Part shown: positions 45,407 to 54,843 of the stretch, piece by piece
Numbering within the stretch: position 1 is the first letter of the stretch
How the letters are laid out: every line of letters begins with the position of its first letter
Virus record (IMG/VR): IMGVR_UViG_3300010409_000003
Source of the DNA: a virus
Lineage: Duplodnaviria > Heunggongvirae > Uroviricota > Caudoviricetes
Direction: 5' to 3' (one strand)
Length of the DNA stretch: 64,000 bases
Position numbers and translations under genes: made by a program
Notes under the pieces: generated by a model
The model's input: the letters and a program-made list of their open reading frames with translations, nothing else
Database searches by the model: none
What the model was told of the DNA's origin: nothing

Positions 45407-46987
45407 ATGTCTACAGAAACAACTAATGAGGTTCTAAATGAGCCTCTTCAAAAAGCTGAATCGTACAAACCAGTACCCAAACCTTTTGGTAATGAAAGAG
45501 GTCAACCCCATTTATTATTACAATCAGGGTTCATACAAGATGCTAAGAAAAGCGACTTACGTATACCTAATAGGTTATGTACTTTCGATAGAATGCTGAC
45601 AGATGATGCTGTATTTAACTCTGTAGACAATACTAATCTACATGTAGTTAATGCACTAGCTAACGGTGCAGCAGAAGGTAAGACAGTTAAAGGTAAAATA
45701 GCGGCTGACTTTATCAATTACAACTTACATAATATGAGTTACGGTACTTGGCGTGATGCTGTGCAGAATGCAGCTACCGACTTAGTATATGGTTTCGCTA
45801 TCCTTAATATTGTAACTGAGGTTAGAACCTACGGTAAATATAAAGGTAACACTGTACTACGTAAGCTAAGTCCTAGAGACCAGAAGAGTATTAGTGGTTG
45901 GGTATTTGATAAGTATAATCGTGAGTTGCAAGGTATTGTCCAGAAGCCTCTTGTAGAAAGAGGTAAGTTTAGTAATACGGCTAAGTACAATGGTTATATT
46001 AACTCTTATACACATCAACAGCAAGCTTTAGACTACACGTATATGAAGCGTGATAATGTATTGTTATTCTCGTTTAACGCTACTAATAGCAACCCTCAAG
46101 GTGATAGCCCTTTGATGCATTGTTACGATGCTTGGGCTGAAAAGAAAGTTGTAGAGAAGCTTGAGATGATTGGTATCTCTAAAGACTTAGGTGGTGTAGT
46201 TGTTATTAAAGTACCACAGAAGTTAATAGAACAAGCTAATCAACCTAGTATTTATCCTGATGCAGCTTTAGCTTATAGTCAATTACAAGATGATGTAGCT
46301 CGTATACAGAATGGTGAGTCTACTTACATAGTTCAAGTATCCGATGTAGACGAAGTTACTAAAGCACCTCTGTATGATTTTAAGATGCAAGGTATTGAAG
46401 GTAGTGGGGGTAAGCAGTATAAAACCTCTGATGTTATCGACCAGAAACGTAAATCTATTTATAACACGTTTGGTGCAGGGCACCTACTTTTAGGTCAAGA
46501 TAGTGTTGGTAGTTACTCAATGTCAACCAATGCTATCAGCACTCACGGCTACTACGTAGAACGTTCAGTACAACAGAAAGTTGATGTTATTAATAGTCAA
46601 CTAATACCTCGTTTATTAGCAGCTAACAATATCTACTTAGACTACGAAGATATGCCTAAGTTTGTAGCAGCAGACCCAACAGAATACTCTCATGATGAAC
46701 TTAGTAAAGTCACACAACGTATGAAGTCAGTAGGTGGTTTAACTCCTAATGCTTTAGAGTACTTGTATAAGAAAGCTAAGTTACCAACAGAAGGTATTGA
46801 GGACTTAAACTTCGATGATGGTGATACATCTAGAGGTGGAGAGTCTCAAGGTAGTTCTGGCACAGGCTCTACTCAATCAGGCGGCTCTAATAGTGCTACT
46901 AATGTTGAGAATAAGGGTTTATTCAAGACTGATGAATTCGGTACAACAATTTTTGACGATAAGGAAGAGGATGACAGCTCTAATTAA
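45407..46987 (+). CDS. portal protein
   Basis: 526 aa, immediately downstream of the terminase. Size and position are typical. Acidic/Gly-Ser-rich C-terminal tail. Confidence 0.6.
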   Translation: MSTETTNEVLNEPLQKAESYKPVPKPFGNERGQPHLLLQSGFIQDAKKSDLRIPNRLCTFDRMLTDDAVFNSVDNTNLHVVNALANGAAEGKTVKGKIAADFINYNLHNMSYGTWRDAVQNAATDLVYGFAILNIVTEVRTYGKYKGNTVLRKLSPRDQKSISGWVFDKYNRELQGIVQKPLVERGKFSNTAKYNGYINSYTHQQQALDYTYMKRDNVLLFSFNATNSNPQGDSPLMHCYDAWAEKKVVEKLEMIGISKDLGGVVVIKVPQKLIEQANQPSIYPDAALAYSQLQDDVARIQNGESTYIVQVSDVDEVTKAPLYDFKMQGIEGSGGKQYKTSDVIDQKRKSIYNTFGAGHLLLGQDSVGSYSMSTNAISTHGYYVERSVQQKVDVINSQLIPRLLAANNIYLDYEDMPKFVAADPTEYSHDELSKVTQRMKSVGGLTPNALEYLYKKAKLPTEGIEDLNFDDGDTSRGGESQGSSGTGSTQSGGSNSATNVENKGLFKTDEFGTTIFDDKEEDDSSN

Positions 46988-47705
46988 GAACACAAATAAT
47001 GATAAACGAGAGCTTCTATTTAAAGCCTTACGTAATCATACTAAAGATAACTACAATGGTGACTACACCTACCTCATAGACTTTGATGATATTTATGCTT
47101 ACTTTGACAGAGAGAGTTATCATGAAGGTAAGCATTCTAACTTAACTTATAAAATATCTTACTCTATAACAGACATAGTTAATGTAAGCTTCTCAGGTGA
47201 AGCTCAGAGAGTTGAAAGACTTACAGAGTACAAAGACACTAATATAGATGAAGAGGTGTCTAAAGGCTTCCTAGATAGCGTTATCAAAGGTTTGGATAAA
47301 CACTTCGGAGGTTCTACTAAGGACTCCTTAGCAGTTATCAAACAATTCAATGATGAAGAGATGATAGCTGTAGAAGCTCTCTATATAACCCCTGATACAG
47401 TAGACTTACATGGGGATACAATAGATTTAGAAGAGACACATAACTTAGTCAAGAGCTTCAATGAAGCTAACCAAGATGGTACTTTACAATCATCTTTATT
47501 CCACGGACATAAATCACAAGCATTTAAAGTAAACAAAGCTTGGGTTAATCCTTATGAATGTATGATTGGTGAATCTTTAGTACCTGAAGGACAGCCTCTA
47601 TGTGAAATCCAGTTCTCTAATAAGAAAGCTTGGGAGTTACGTAAGAGTGGTAAGTTAATGGGTTTATCAATAGGAGCACAAGCTTCTGATGTAGAGGAAT
47701 TATAA
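46968..47705 (+). CDS. putative head maturation protease or minor head protein (start trimmed to the Met after SD GAAGAGG)
   Basis: ORF track 46815..47705. The first 51 codons overlap the portal gene, so the start at 46968 is preferred. No protease motifs were recognised. Assignment is by gene order only. Confidence 0.35.
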   Translation, partial: RMTALIKNTNNDKRELLFKALRNHTKDNYNGDYTYLIDFDDIYAYFDRESYHEGKHSNLTYKISYSITDIVNVSFSGEAQRVERLTEYKDTNIDEEVSKGFLDSVIKGLDKHFGGSTKDSLAVIKQFNDEEMIAVEALYITPDTVDLHGDTIDLEETHNLVKSFNEANQDGTLQSSLFHGHKSQAFKVNKAWVNPYECMIGESLVPEGQPLCEIQFSNKKAWELRKSGKLMGLSIGAQASDVEEL

Positions 47706-48397
47706 TGTCTGAGTTATCAGAAATACAAACAGAGCCAAAAGCTAAACGAAAGCTTAAAGGTGTTAACTTCCAATTCAAAGGAGCACATATAGCTTATACA
47801 AGTGCTTCAGATGGGGGAGCCGCTTCAGATTTAAATGAAGCTATACTTTTTAAGTCAGAGAATTTAAATAAAGCATTAACACAATCTCAGAAGGATATTC
47901 TAGAAGAGATTGGAGAAGAATTTACTCCGTTAGATAAAAGTCTAACAGTAGATACCCACACCCCATCTTCCGCTACGGTTGACTCAGGGGAAGATAACCA
48001 AAACGATAAAGGAAATGACATCATGGCAGATAATGCTGAGATTTTGAAAAAACTAGAACAACTAGAACAAGACAATAAAATTCTTAAAGCTGAAAAAGCT
48101 ATCGCAGCTTATGAGTTTGATTCTGAATTAAGTGTAGGTGTTGCTTCTGCAATTGCTAACTTAGACGAAGCACAAGTAGCTTTCATCACTAAAGCTTTTG
48201 ACGGCTTAATAGCAGATAAAGTCGAAGCTGTTACTAAAGCTAAAGAAGCTGTAGTGATGACAGAAGAAACTGAATTATCTAAGTCATTAGGTAAAGAGCA
48301 AGGTAATGATTCTGTAGAAGAAGAAGTTGCTGAACTAACAATGGCTGAGCAAATTATCAAAAGCCGTAATGAAATCGAAAACAAAGGAGCTAAATAA
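47705..48397 (+). CDS. scaffolding protein
   Basis: 230 aa, acidic, helical with coiled-coil heptads (LKKLEQLEQDNKILKAEKAIAAYE). Located between portal and capsid. Confidence 0.55.
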   Translation: MSELSEIQTEPKAKRKLKGVNFQFKGAHIAYTSASDGGAASDLNEAILFKSENLNKALTQSQKDILEEIGEEFTPLDKSLTVDTHTPSSATVDSGEDNQNDKGNDIMADNAEILKKLEQLEQDNKILKAEKAIAAYEFDSELSVGVASAIANLDEAQVAFITKAFDGLIADKVEAVTKAKEAVVMTEETELSKSLGKEQGNDSVEEEVAELTMAEQIIKSRNEIENKGAK

Positions 48398-48873
48398 TGC
48401 CAGTAGTAGAAACTAGCCGTAAACAATTATCAGAAGTCGTTAAAGGCTTAAACCAGTTCACTAACAGTGCAGGCACTAACTACTGTTATGCTGTAGTAGA
48501 TGTTAAAGGCTCTACAACAATTGAGCCTATTGGTACTCCTGTTGTATGGGATGATACTGATGCTTTTGAACCATTAGACGCACAAACTATCGCTAGTGTA
48601 GGTGATTCAGTATTACCTAACGGTGCTAAAGTAGCTCTTACTGTAGGTACGTTACAATCTGGTGTTGGTACTAACCGTGCTGATGTGGATTTAACTGCCA
48701 CCGCTACTAAAATGATTGTACTTTATCGTACAGCAGAAGTAGATAAAGGTGGTATCGAGGTAGGTACTATTACAGAACCTAACTTAGCTTTATTCTTAAC
48801 AGAATTAGAGAAACAAGGTGTAGCGGTTTACGATGCTGCAACTAATGTAATCCCATCTTACGTAAAAGCTTAA
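48397..48873 (+). CDS. putative head decoration / minor capsid protein
   Basis: 158 aa, Gly/Thr/Val-rich beta-type sequence directly upstream of the major capsid gene. Confidence 0.35.
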   Translation: MPVVETSRKQLSEVVKGLNQFTNSAGTNYCYAVVDVKGSTTIEPIGTPVVWDDTDAFEPLDAQTIASVGDSVLPNGAKVALTVGTLQSGVGTNRADVDLTATATKMIVLYRTAEVDKGGIEVGTITEPNLALFLTELEKQGVAVYDAATNVIPSYVKA

Positions 48874-48894
48874 TTTAAAGGAATTTAGAATATA

Positions 48895-49977
48895 ATGAAA
48901 ATTACAGAAACAGTCTTAGACAAGGCACTAGGTCAATCGTTATCAGGCGGCTTTCACTTAACAGATATTACAGCAGGTACTCAACGTACTTACGTAAAAC
49001 CTCGTTTACTTACAGCGATGTTTGGTACAGAGTTGACAAATGAGTACTTAACTACTACTAACTTTAAGTATGACGAGACTACAAGCTCCGTAGCATTACC
49101 TGATGGTAAACAGTATCAAGATTTAGGCTCTAACCTAACTAAAGACCGAGCTAAAGCTTTCCACTACGATGTACCTAGTTTTGGTTTACAGTTTAATGCT
49201 GCACCTCAAGATGTGTCAGGCCGCCGTAAGCCTAACTCAATGGAGGCACTAGAGACTTCTGATGTGTTAGCAGAAATGACTATCAAAGCCGAAGCTTCAT
49301 GGTCTAACTTTGATGAGCTAGGTCTAGCACAGTTAATTACTACTGACACTAACATTGTTCGTGGCTCAGGTGCAGAAGAGTATAACTTCTACACAGACCA
49401 AGTAGGTACTACACGTCCCGCAGCTATCGATATGAATTTAGGTACAGCAGCAGACTTTACAACTACTATACAAGCTTTTATGAAGCAACGTAAGTTAAAT
49501 GCACAAGAGATTGCCCGTGGTGGTGAGAGTGCTACAGCACAAGTAGTTATTTGTGGTGATAACTTCTTCAACAAACGTTATGCACAAGAAGTACAAGAGA
49601 CTCTAGCTCGTCCTATGCGTTCTGCTGTTGATTTAGCTTCTATGGCTATCCCAACTACTTCTGATGGTAATTTCAACTACGATAACTTTAAATCACATGA
49701 TGGTTTATGGTATATCAACTATGGTGCTGATATTATCGCAGGTACTAACTTAATTGGTGATAACGATGCTTATATCGTACCAGTTGGTTTAGCTAATGGT
49801 TTAGGTAAGAAGTATTCACCTGCTCAAACTATGGGTAACGTTAATACTCAAGCATTTAGTAAGTATGCTAGCTACTGGACAGATGACCGTACTGGTGTAA
49901 CTGTTGCAGAGGAATCTAACGTATTATTCTTCAATGGTAATCCACGAGCTATTACTCACTTAACTACTACTACTTAG
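48895..49977 (+). CDS. major capsid protein
   Basis: 360 aa. Strong SD TTAAAGGAATTTAGAATATAATG. It follows the scaffold and is followed by a strong terminator. Confidence 0.6.
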   Translation: MKITETVLDKALGQSLSGGFHLTDITAGTQRTYVKPRLLTAMFGTELTNEYLTTTNFKYDETTSSVALPDGKQYQDLGSNLTKDRAKAFHYDVPSFGLQFNAAPQDVSGRRKPNSMEALETSDVLAEMTIKAEASWSNFDELGLAQLITTDTNIVRGSGAEEYNFYTDQVGTTRPAAIDMNLGTAADFTTTIQAFMKQRKLNAQEIARGGESATAQVVICGDNFFNKRYAQEVQETLARPMRSAVDLASMAIPTTSDGNFNYDNFKSHDGLWYINYGADIIAGTNLIGDNDAYIVPVGLANGLGKKYSPAQTMGNVNTQAFSKYASYWTDDRTGVTVAEESNVLFFNGNPRAITHLTTTT

Positions 49978-50003
49978 TACAAGATAGTTATTAGAGTTTA
50001 TGA

Positions 50004-50027
50004 GGGGCTTCGCCCCTCTTTTTTATC
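50004..50027 (+). terminator. rho-independent terminator after the major capsid gene
   Basis: GAGGGGCttcGCCCCTCTTTTTTAT. Confidence 0.8.
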
Positions 50028-50036
50028 GGAGTTAAG

Positions 50037-50465
50037 ATGGCATTAACATCACCAGAAAATCAAAATAAGTTATTAAAGGATGTTATGTTCTGGCTACCAG
50101 AAAGTAATACTCTTGATGATGATGAAATACTAATACTCATAGGATTAACTATTAATCAAGTTGGAGATGACGATAGTAAGTATGCAGAGGTGGCGTGTAA
50201 ATCATTAAAGCTGTGTGCTATTAAGAATCAATCAGCTTACTACGTAGATACTTCTAGTATTAAGAAAGAGAAAACAGGTGACGTTGAATTAGAACGTTTT
50301 GAAGGTAGTGGATCAGACCCTTGGAAAGAGTACATTAAGTCAGTTAATGATGAAATATGCCCTCTTCTTGGTTACAGCTTACCTACTAGTATTGGTCTCT
50401 TTGTTAACAGTAAACCAGTTGAAGTAGATACATCCTGTGGGTGTGGTACAGATTATACACTTTGA
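50037..50465 (+). CDS. putative head-tail connector / head completion protein
   Basis: 142 aa. Assignment by gene order. Confidence 0.35.
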   Translation: MALTSPENQNKLLKDVMFWLPESNTLDDDEILILIGLTINQVGDDDSKYAEVACKSLKLCAIKNQSAYYVDTSSIKKEKTGDVELERFEGSGSDPWKEYIKSVNDEICPLLGYSLPTSIGLFVNSKPVEVDTSCGCGTDYTL

Positions 50466-50472
50466 GGTTAGA

Positions 50473-50667
50473 ATGAAAGTAACAATTTTAAAATCTTTCA
50501 AGTTCGCTAAAGTTGAATATAAAGCAGGACAAACAGCACCAAGTAAACGGTATCCTGAAGTCCCTTTCAATAGTATTCAATTAGGTGTACTTAAAGATTT
50601 AGGCAACATCAGTATTGTAGAAGAAGTTAAAGCAGTTAAAGTCTCTAAGGCTAAGGACTCTAAGTAA
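50473..50667 (+). CDS. hypothetical small protein (start trimmed to MKVTIL)
   Basis: ORF track 50437..50667. SD GAGG before 50473. Confidence 0.35.
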   Translation: MKVTILKSFKFAKVEYKAGQTAPSKRYPEVPFNSIQLGVLKDLGNISIVEEVKAVKVSKAKDSK

Positions 50668-51194
50668 TGGCTATCAGTGTTAAAGCTACCCTCCAAACTA
50701 ATAAAGGTTTTAAAGAGCTTGCTAAGTTTAAGAAGGACTTTAACAATTTAGCCTCACAATGGGTACAAGTTGGTTTTGATGCTTCTCAAACTCATCATAA
50801 GAATGAACGTGGTAAACGAGAAGTAGTCAATATGGCTGAATTAGCTATATGGCTACACGAAGGTACAGAAGACGGACGTATACCTCCTAGACCATTCCTA
50901 GAAGGAACGCTACAGCAAATGGTAGATAGGTCTAAGAGTGCTAGGTTAAAACCTCTAGTTGCAGATTTGTATAAAGGTTTTGCTAAAGGTAAGAACTTAG
51001 ATAAGCATACTAGTAGGTTCTTAGATAGACTAGGTGAAGTGTTGAGAGATGATGTTAAAGATAACTTCGGTATTGAAAACACCATTGGTCTAGAAGATAA
51101 CGCCCCAACTACTATTAGAGACAAAGGCCGTAATGACCCACTCGTAGATACGTCTAAACTTAAAAACTCTATGTTAATTAAAACAAGTAAGTAG
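50667..51194 (+). CDS. virion morphogenesis protein (Mu G-like family)
   Basis: 175 aa. The motif GRIPPRPFLEG is typical of Mu G-type late morphogenesis proteins. Confidence 0.45.
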   Translation: MAISVKATLQTNKGFKELAKFKKDFNNLASQWVQVGFDASQTHHKNERGKREVVNMAELAIWLHEGTEDGRIPPRPFLEGTLQQMVDRSKSARLKPLVADLYKGFAKGKNLDKHTSRFLDRLGEVLRDDVKDNFGIENTIGLEDNAPTTIRDKGRNDPLVDTSKLKNSMLIKTSK

Positions 51195-51200
51195 GTATTA

Positions 51201-51563
51201 ATGCAATTATTAAATACAGATAGTTTCTTAATACTAAGAGCTTCTAGAGGCCATGAAGGTTATGACGATGGCAATGGAAACTGGGTAGGTGCTAATGATA
51301 GTACCAATCGTATTAAAGCCAAAGGTAGTATACAGCCTGTCACAGGTGATGACTTATCTAAGCTACCTGAGGCATTTAAGAATGTAGAAGCTTTAAAGGT
51401 TTATACTAAGTCTTGTGTACGTACAGTAGATGACAGTGAGAACCAAGAACCAGATATATTATTAATAGATGGTAAAAGGTTCCAAGTAGACGTAGTAGAG
51501 AAATGGAGACAGCTTTCCACTAATCATTATAAAGCTTATGTCAGGTTAGAGGAGAAACTTTAA
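51201..51563 (+). CDS. putative tail completion / neck protein
   Basis: 120 aa. Assignment by gene order. Confidence 0.35.
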   Translation: MQLLNTDSFLILRASRGHEGYDDGNGNWVGANDSTNRIKAKGSIQPVTGDDLSKLPEAFKNVEALKVYTKSCVRTVDDSENQEPDILLIDGKRFQVDVVEKWRQLSTNHYKAYVRLEEKL

Positions 51564-52147
51564 TGCTAGACTATGAACTTATGTATAAAGGCTTAATAGA
51601 TACTACTAAAACTGTTGTAGGCCATAGATTAAGTACTACACCTTTAGCTACAGGTACTACTCCTTCTGTTAGTAAAGCACGTACAGGTAGACCTCAAGTA
51701 AATACGCCTTATATAACGATTGATTTAGGAGCCACAATACAACCTCTAGGGGAAACACTAGATAGTTACTTAGATTGTGATACAGGGCTTCCTACCTATG
51801 AAATACTATACGAGGTATTCTTTACTTGGCGTTGTTATGGAGAGAATGCTGAGTCAATACTACAAGAGTTTAGGTCTAGTTTAATAACACCTTACACTTT
51901 AAATAACATACTTAATACTACAGGTGGTTTAGCTGTTAGAAATAAGGGAACTGTTTCTTCTTCACCTAGCCTGTTATCTACTAGATATAGAGAAGGTAGC
52001 GTACTCAGATGTAGTTTTTACATAGTAGACAAAATAACCGACCCTTATCAACAAGGCGATTACTTAACCACTCTGAAAGGAGATGGTAAACTTATTACAG
52101 GGGTAAACGGTGATATACCAGTCCCTATTGATGTAACCAAACCATAA
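51563..52147 (+). CDS. putative tail completion / sheath-stabiliser protein
   Basis: 194 aa. Assignment by gene order. Confidence 0.35.
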   Translation: MLDYELMYKGLIDTTKTVVGHRLSTTPLATGTTPSVSKARTGRPQVNTPYITIDLGATIQPLGETLDSYLDCDTGLPTYEILYEVFFTWRCYGENAESILQEFRSSLITPYTLNNILNTTGGLAVRNKGTVSSSPSLLSTRYREGSVLRCSFYIVDKITDPYQQGDYLTTLKGDGKLITGVNGDIPVPIDVTKP

Positions 52148-52168
52148 CAACAACGAAAGGATATTATA

Positions 52169-53275
52169 ATGGGACTACCCGTAATAATTAAAACAAACAT
52201 TACAAAGAATACGAGTTCTGTACAACGTGCAGAGTTTAATATTCCTTTGTTCTTATATGATGCAGGAGACTCTAGCGCCCCTGATGTCGATTTTGGAGGT
52301 CGTGTAAGAGTCTATTCTACTTTAGATTCAGTATTAGATGACTTCGCACTTACAGAAGCCCCTTACTTAGCAGTAGCAGCATACCTTAGTCAAAACCCTG
52401 CTGTTAGTCAAGTAATTATAGGTCAGTATTATAGTGCAGGTACACCAGATGCTTCTTATACAGCAGCAGCAGTGGCTTGTAGTTTAGAGAATGATACTTG
52501 GTATCAAATAGGTATGGAAGACCACACTGAATCCGAAGTATTAACTATGGCGGCTTACGTAGAGGCTAAACAACGTTTATTCTTTACATCAAACAATGTA
52601 GCAGCTTCGGTAGATACTACTTACAATGCAGGTGCAGCAGTAGCAGGGGATATACTAGGCCAACTAGCAGACTCTAACTACGAACGTACAGCAGTATTGT
52701 GGCACCACGAAGCAGATACAGCGTTCCCTGAATGTGCATTTGCAGGGCGTAATTTACCATTTAGAGCAGGAACAGCTAACTGGGCGCACTTAGCATTAAG
52801 TGGTGTTGGTGCTTCTCAGAACGCATTAGGTAATGTACTTAATGATACTCAGATTACAAATTTAACAGCACGTAATGGTAACTTCATTTATTCTCAGCGT
52901 GGTCAGTTCCGTACATGGCAAGGTCAAGTTGTTAATGGTGAGTGGTTAGATATTGTTCGTGGAGTTGATGGTTTACGTGAAGACATTGATGCAACCCTAT
53001 TAGAAATGTTAGATAATCAAGCAGGTAGCGGCATTAGGATGACAGATGCAGGTTTAGCTCAAATTGAGAACACTTTAGACTCTGTGTTAACACGTTGGGT
53101 AGACTACGGCTTTATTCAAGCTAACTACACAATCACAATGCCTAAAGCAATTGATATTCCTTTTGCAGACAAAGCAGCACGTATTATCCGAGATATTAAG
53201 TTTGAAGCATTCTTAGCAGGTTTTGTTAATGCAATCAATCCAATATCAGGTAATGTAACTTACGAAGTATCTTAA
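52169..53275 (+). CDS. tail sheath protein
   Basis: 368 aa. N-terminus MGLPVIIKTNI. It lies upstream of two tube-sized genes, a chaperone pair and the tape-measure gene (Mu L/M/Y-like order). Confidence 0.5.
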   Translation: MGLPVIIKTNITKNTSSVQRAEFNIPLFLYDAGDSSAPDVDFGGRVRVYSTLDSVLDDFALTEAPYLAVAAYLSQNPAVSQVIIGQYYSAGTPDASYTAAAVACSLENDTWYQIGMEDHTESEVLTMAAYVEAKQRLFFTSNNVAASVDTTYNAGAAVAGDILGQLADSNYERTAVLWHHEADTAFPECAFAGRNLPFRAGTANWAHLALSGVGASQNALGNVLNDTQITNLTARNGNFIYSQRGQFRTWQGQVVNGEWLDIVRGVDGLREDIDATLLEMLDNQAGSGIRMTDAGLAQIENTLDSVLTRWVDYGFIQANYTITMPKAIDIPFADKAARIIRDIKFEAFLAGFVNAINPISGNVTYEVS

Positions 53276-53288
53276 GGAGATATTATAA

Positions 53289-53726
53289 ATGAGTGATATG
53301 ATGAAAACGTACATGCTTGCTAATTGCCAGTTTGTATGGAATGGCATTGATATGTCAAGTGGTGTAGGTAGTGACTCAGTTCTGACAGCTACACGTACAC
53401 ATGACCTAATCACAACTAGTGGTAATGCTAGAGGTGATAATGCTAACTCTAAGAATATTAACAAGCATGCTACTATCGAGTTTACCTTGATGAAAAATAG
53501 TTCTGTTAATAAAGCCCTTATACTAGCTTATGTGGCACAAGAAAATATACAAGAAGATTACTGGAGTAATTTCACTGTAATTGACCCAAGCGACCCTATG
53601 CAAATGACAGCTATTAATTGTTGGTTTACTAAACTACCAGATATGACTAAGGCTAATGAAGCAGGTGAAGTTACATGGATGTTTGGTTGTCACCAGTTAG
53701 AGTTGATACCTACCTTAGATATCTAA
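53289..53726 (+). CDS. tail tube protein
   Basis: 145 aa, directly after the sheath gene. Confidence 0.5.
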   Translation: MSDMMKTYMLANCQFVWNGIDMSSGVGSDSVLTATRTHDLITTSGNARGDNANSKNINKHATIEFTLMKNSSVNKALILAYVAQENIQEDYWSNFTVIDPSDPMQMTAINCWFTKLPDMTKANEAGEVTWMFGCHQLELIPTLDI

Positions 53727-53742
53727 GTAGTCAGGAGTCTAT

Positions 53743-54195
53743 ATGAGCTATATAAATAATTTTCTAGAGACATATAGACCTCAAGAGGTTTCTTTTGTTT
53801 TTAACGGATTAGACCTGACAACTGGACTAGACCCAACATCTCATGTAGTGGTACGTAGGAATACTAAAAAATATTCTTATGTACCTGATATAGGTGGTGA
53901 GGGTAGAGGTGCTAGATTATTAAATTCAGATAACAGTGCAACTATTACAGTAAAACTCTTTAGTACTTCACAGGTACATAAGTTCTTATACGAATTATAT
54001 AAAGAAGATGATGGGACTAATCCTAATAGTATTAGTTCTTTTACTTTTAATGATGAACGTAATAATGGTATGGCTTATCAGAAAGCTACAAATGTATGGA
54101 TATCTGACCAACAGGAAGTTGATTATAGTGATACAGTAGGTTCTATAGCATGGGAATTTACAGCTAGTGACTTACAACCTATATTTGTAGAGTAG
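53743..54195 (+). CDS. tail tube-like / tail protein
   Basis: 150-aa ORF. Confidence 0.4.
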   Translation: MSYINNFLETYRPQEVSFVFNGLDLTTGLDPTSHVVVRRNTKKYSYVPDIGGEGRGARLLNSDNSATITVKLFSTSQVHKFLYELYKEDDGTNPNSISSFTFNDERNNGMAYQKATNVWISDQQEVDYSDTVGSIAWEFTASDLQPIFVE

Positions 54196-54254
54196 TGTAC
54201 TAGGAGTAGCTAGTTATAGTTACTCCTTTAATTTATAACAATTAAGGAGGTTCT

Positions 54255-54638
54255 ATGAGTTTTGAACATAGACAGAAAACAACAGAGATTAATGGTAAGA
54301 CTTACACATTGATTACATTTGGTGCTAAGAAGAGTTTTGGTGTAATCCCTCAGATTATAACAATGTTAGGTGAGAACTCTAGTGACTTTGGTGAAATGGC
54401 AATGTCTGTATTAGGACATAAAGATGGTTTAAAGTTGATAGAAACATTACTATCAGATATGTCTTGTGACGGCAGAGCTATTAATTCTTTTGACGACCAT
54501 TTTGCAGAATACCGAGGTGATTTACTCCCATGTGTAGCCTTTAGCTTAGCGGAGAATGTACTGCCTTTTTTAGGAAGCGATTCACTAGCGAGCATGGCAA
54601 CGATAGTGGAAACAGCAATGCAAGGCTTAACCAAGTAG
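54255..54638 (+). CDS. tail assembly chaperone (G-like product)
   Basis: 127 aa, located just upstream of the tape-measure gene. Confidence 0.6.
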   Translation: MSFEHRQKTTEINGKTYTLITFGAKKSFGVIPQIITMLGENSSDFGEMAMSVLGHKDGLKLIETLLSDMSCDGRAINSFDDHFAEYRGDLLPCVAFSLAENVLPFLGSDSLASMATIVETAMQGLTK

Positions 54639-54835
54639 TACGAAGGATTGATAAAGAATCATCATTATCTCCTTTTACTTCAATGGCAATGAGGGTAGCA
54701 ACCTCTGGTAAGTTCAATGATAGCTATTTAGATATATGCCATGTTTGGACAGCAGAGGATTTATTCCAAGCTTTAGAAATGTTAGATATTATGTCTGAGG
54801 TTGAAAGAGCTTCTATGCCAGAATCAAACAACTAG
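54255..54835 (+). CDS. tail assembly chaperone frameshift product (GT-like) via -1 slip at T_TTT_TTA (54566..54572)
   Basis: The -1 frame is open from 54545 to a TAG at 54833. The slippery heptamer U UUU UUA sits in the zero frame at 54566-54572. The extension reads RKRFTSEHGNDSGNS...SMPESNN. Confidence 0.6.
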
Positions 54836-54843
54836 GATATATA

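Noticed and set aside
46815-46967. N-terminal 51 codons of ORF 46815..47705
   Set aside because: They overlap the 3' end of the portal gene in another frame. An internal Met at 46968 with a GAAGAGG SD just before the portal stop is the likely start.
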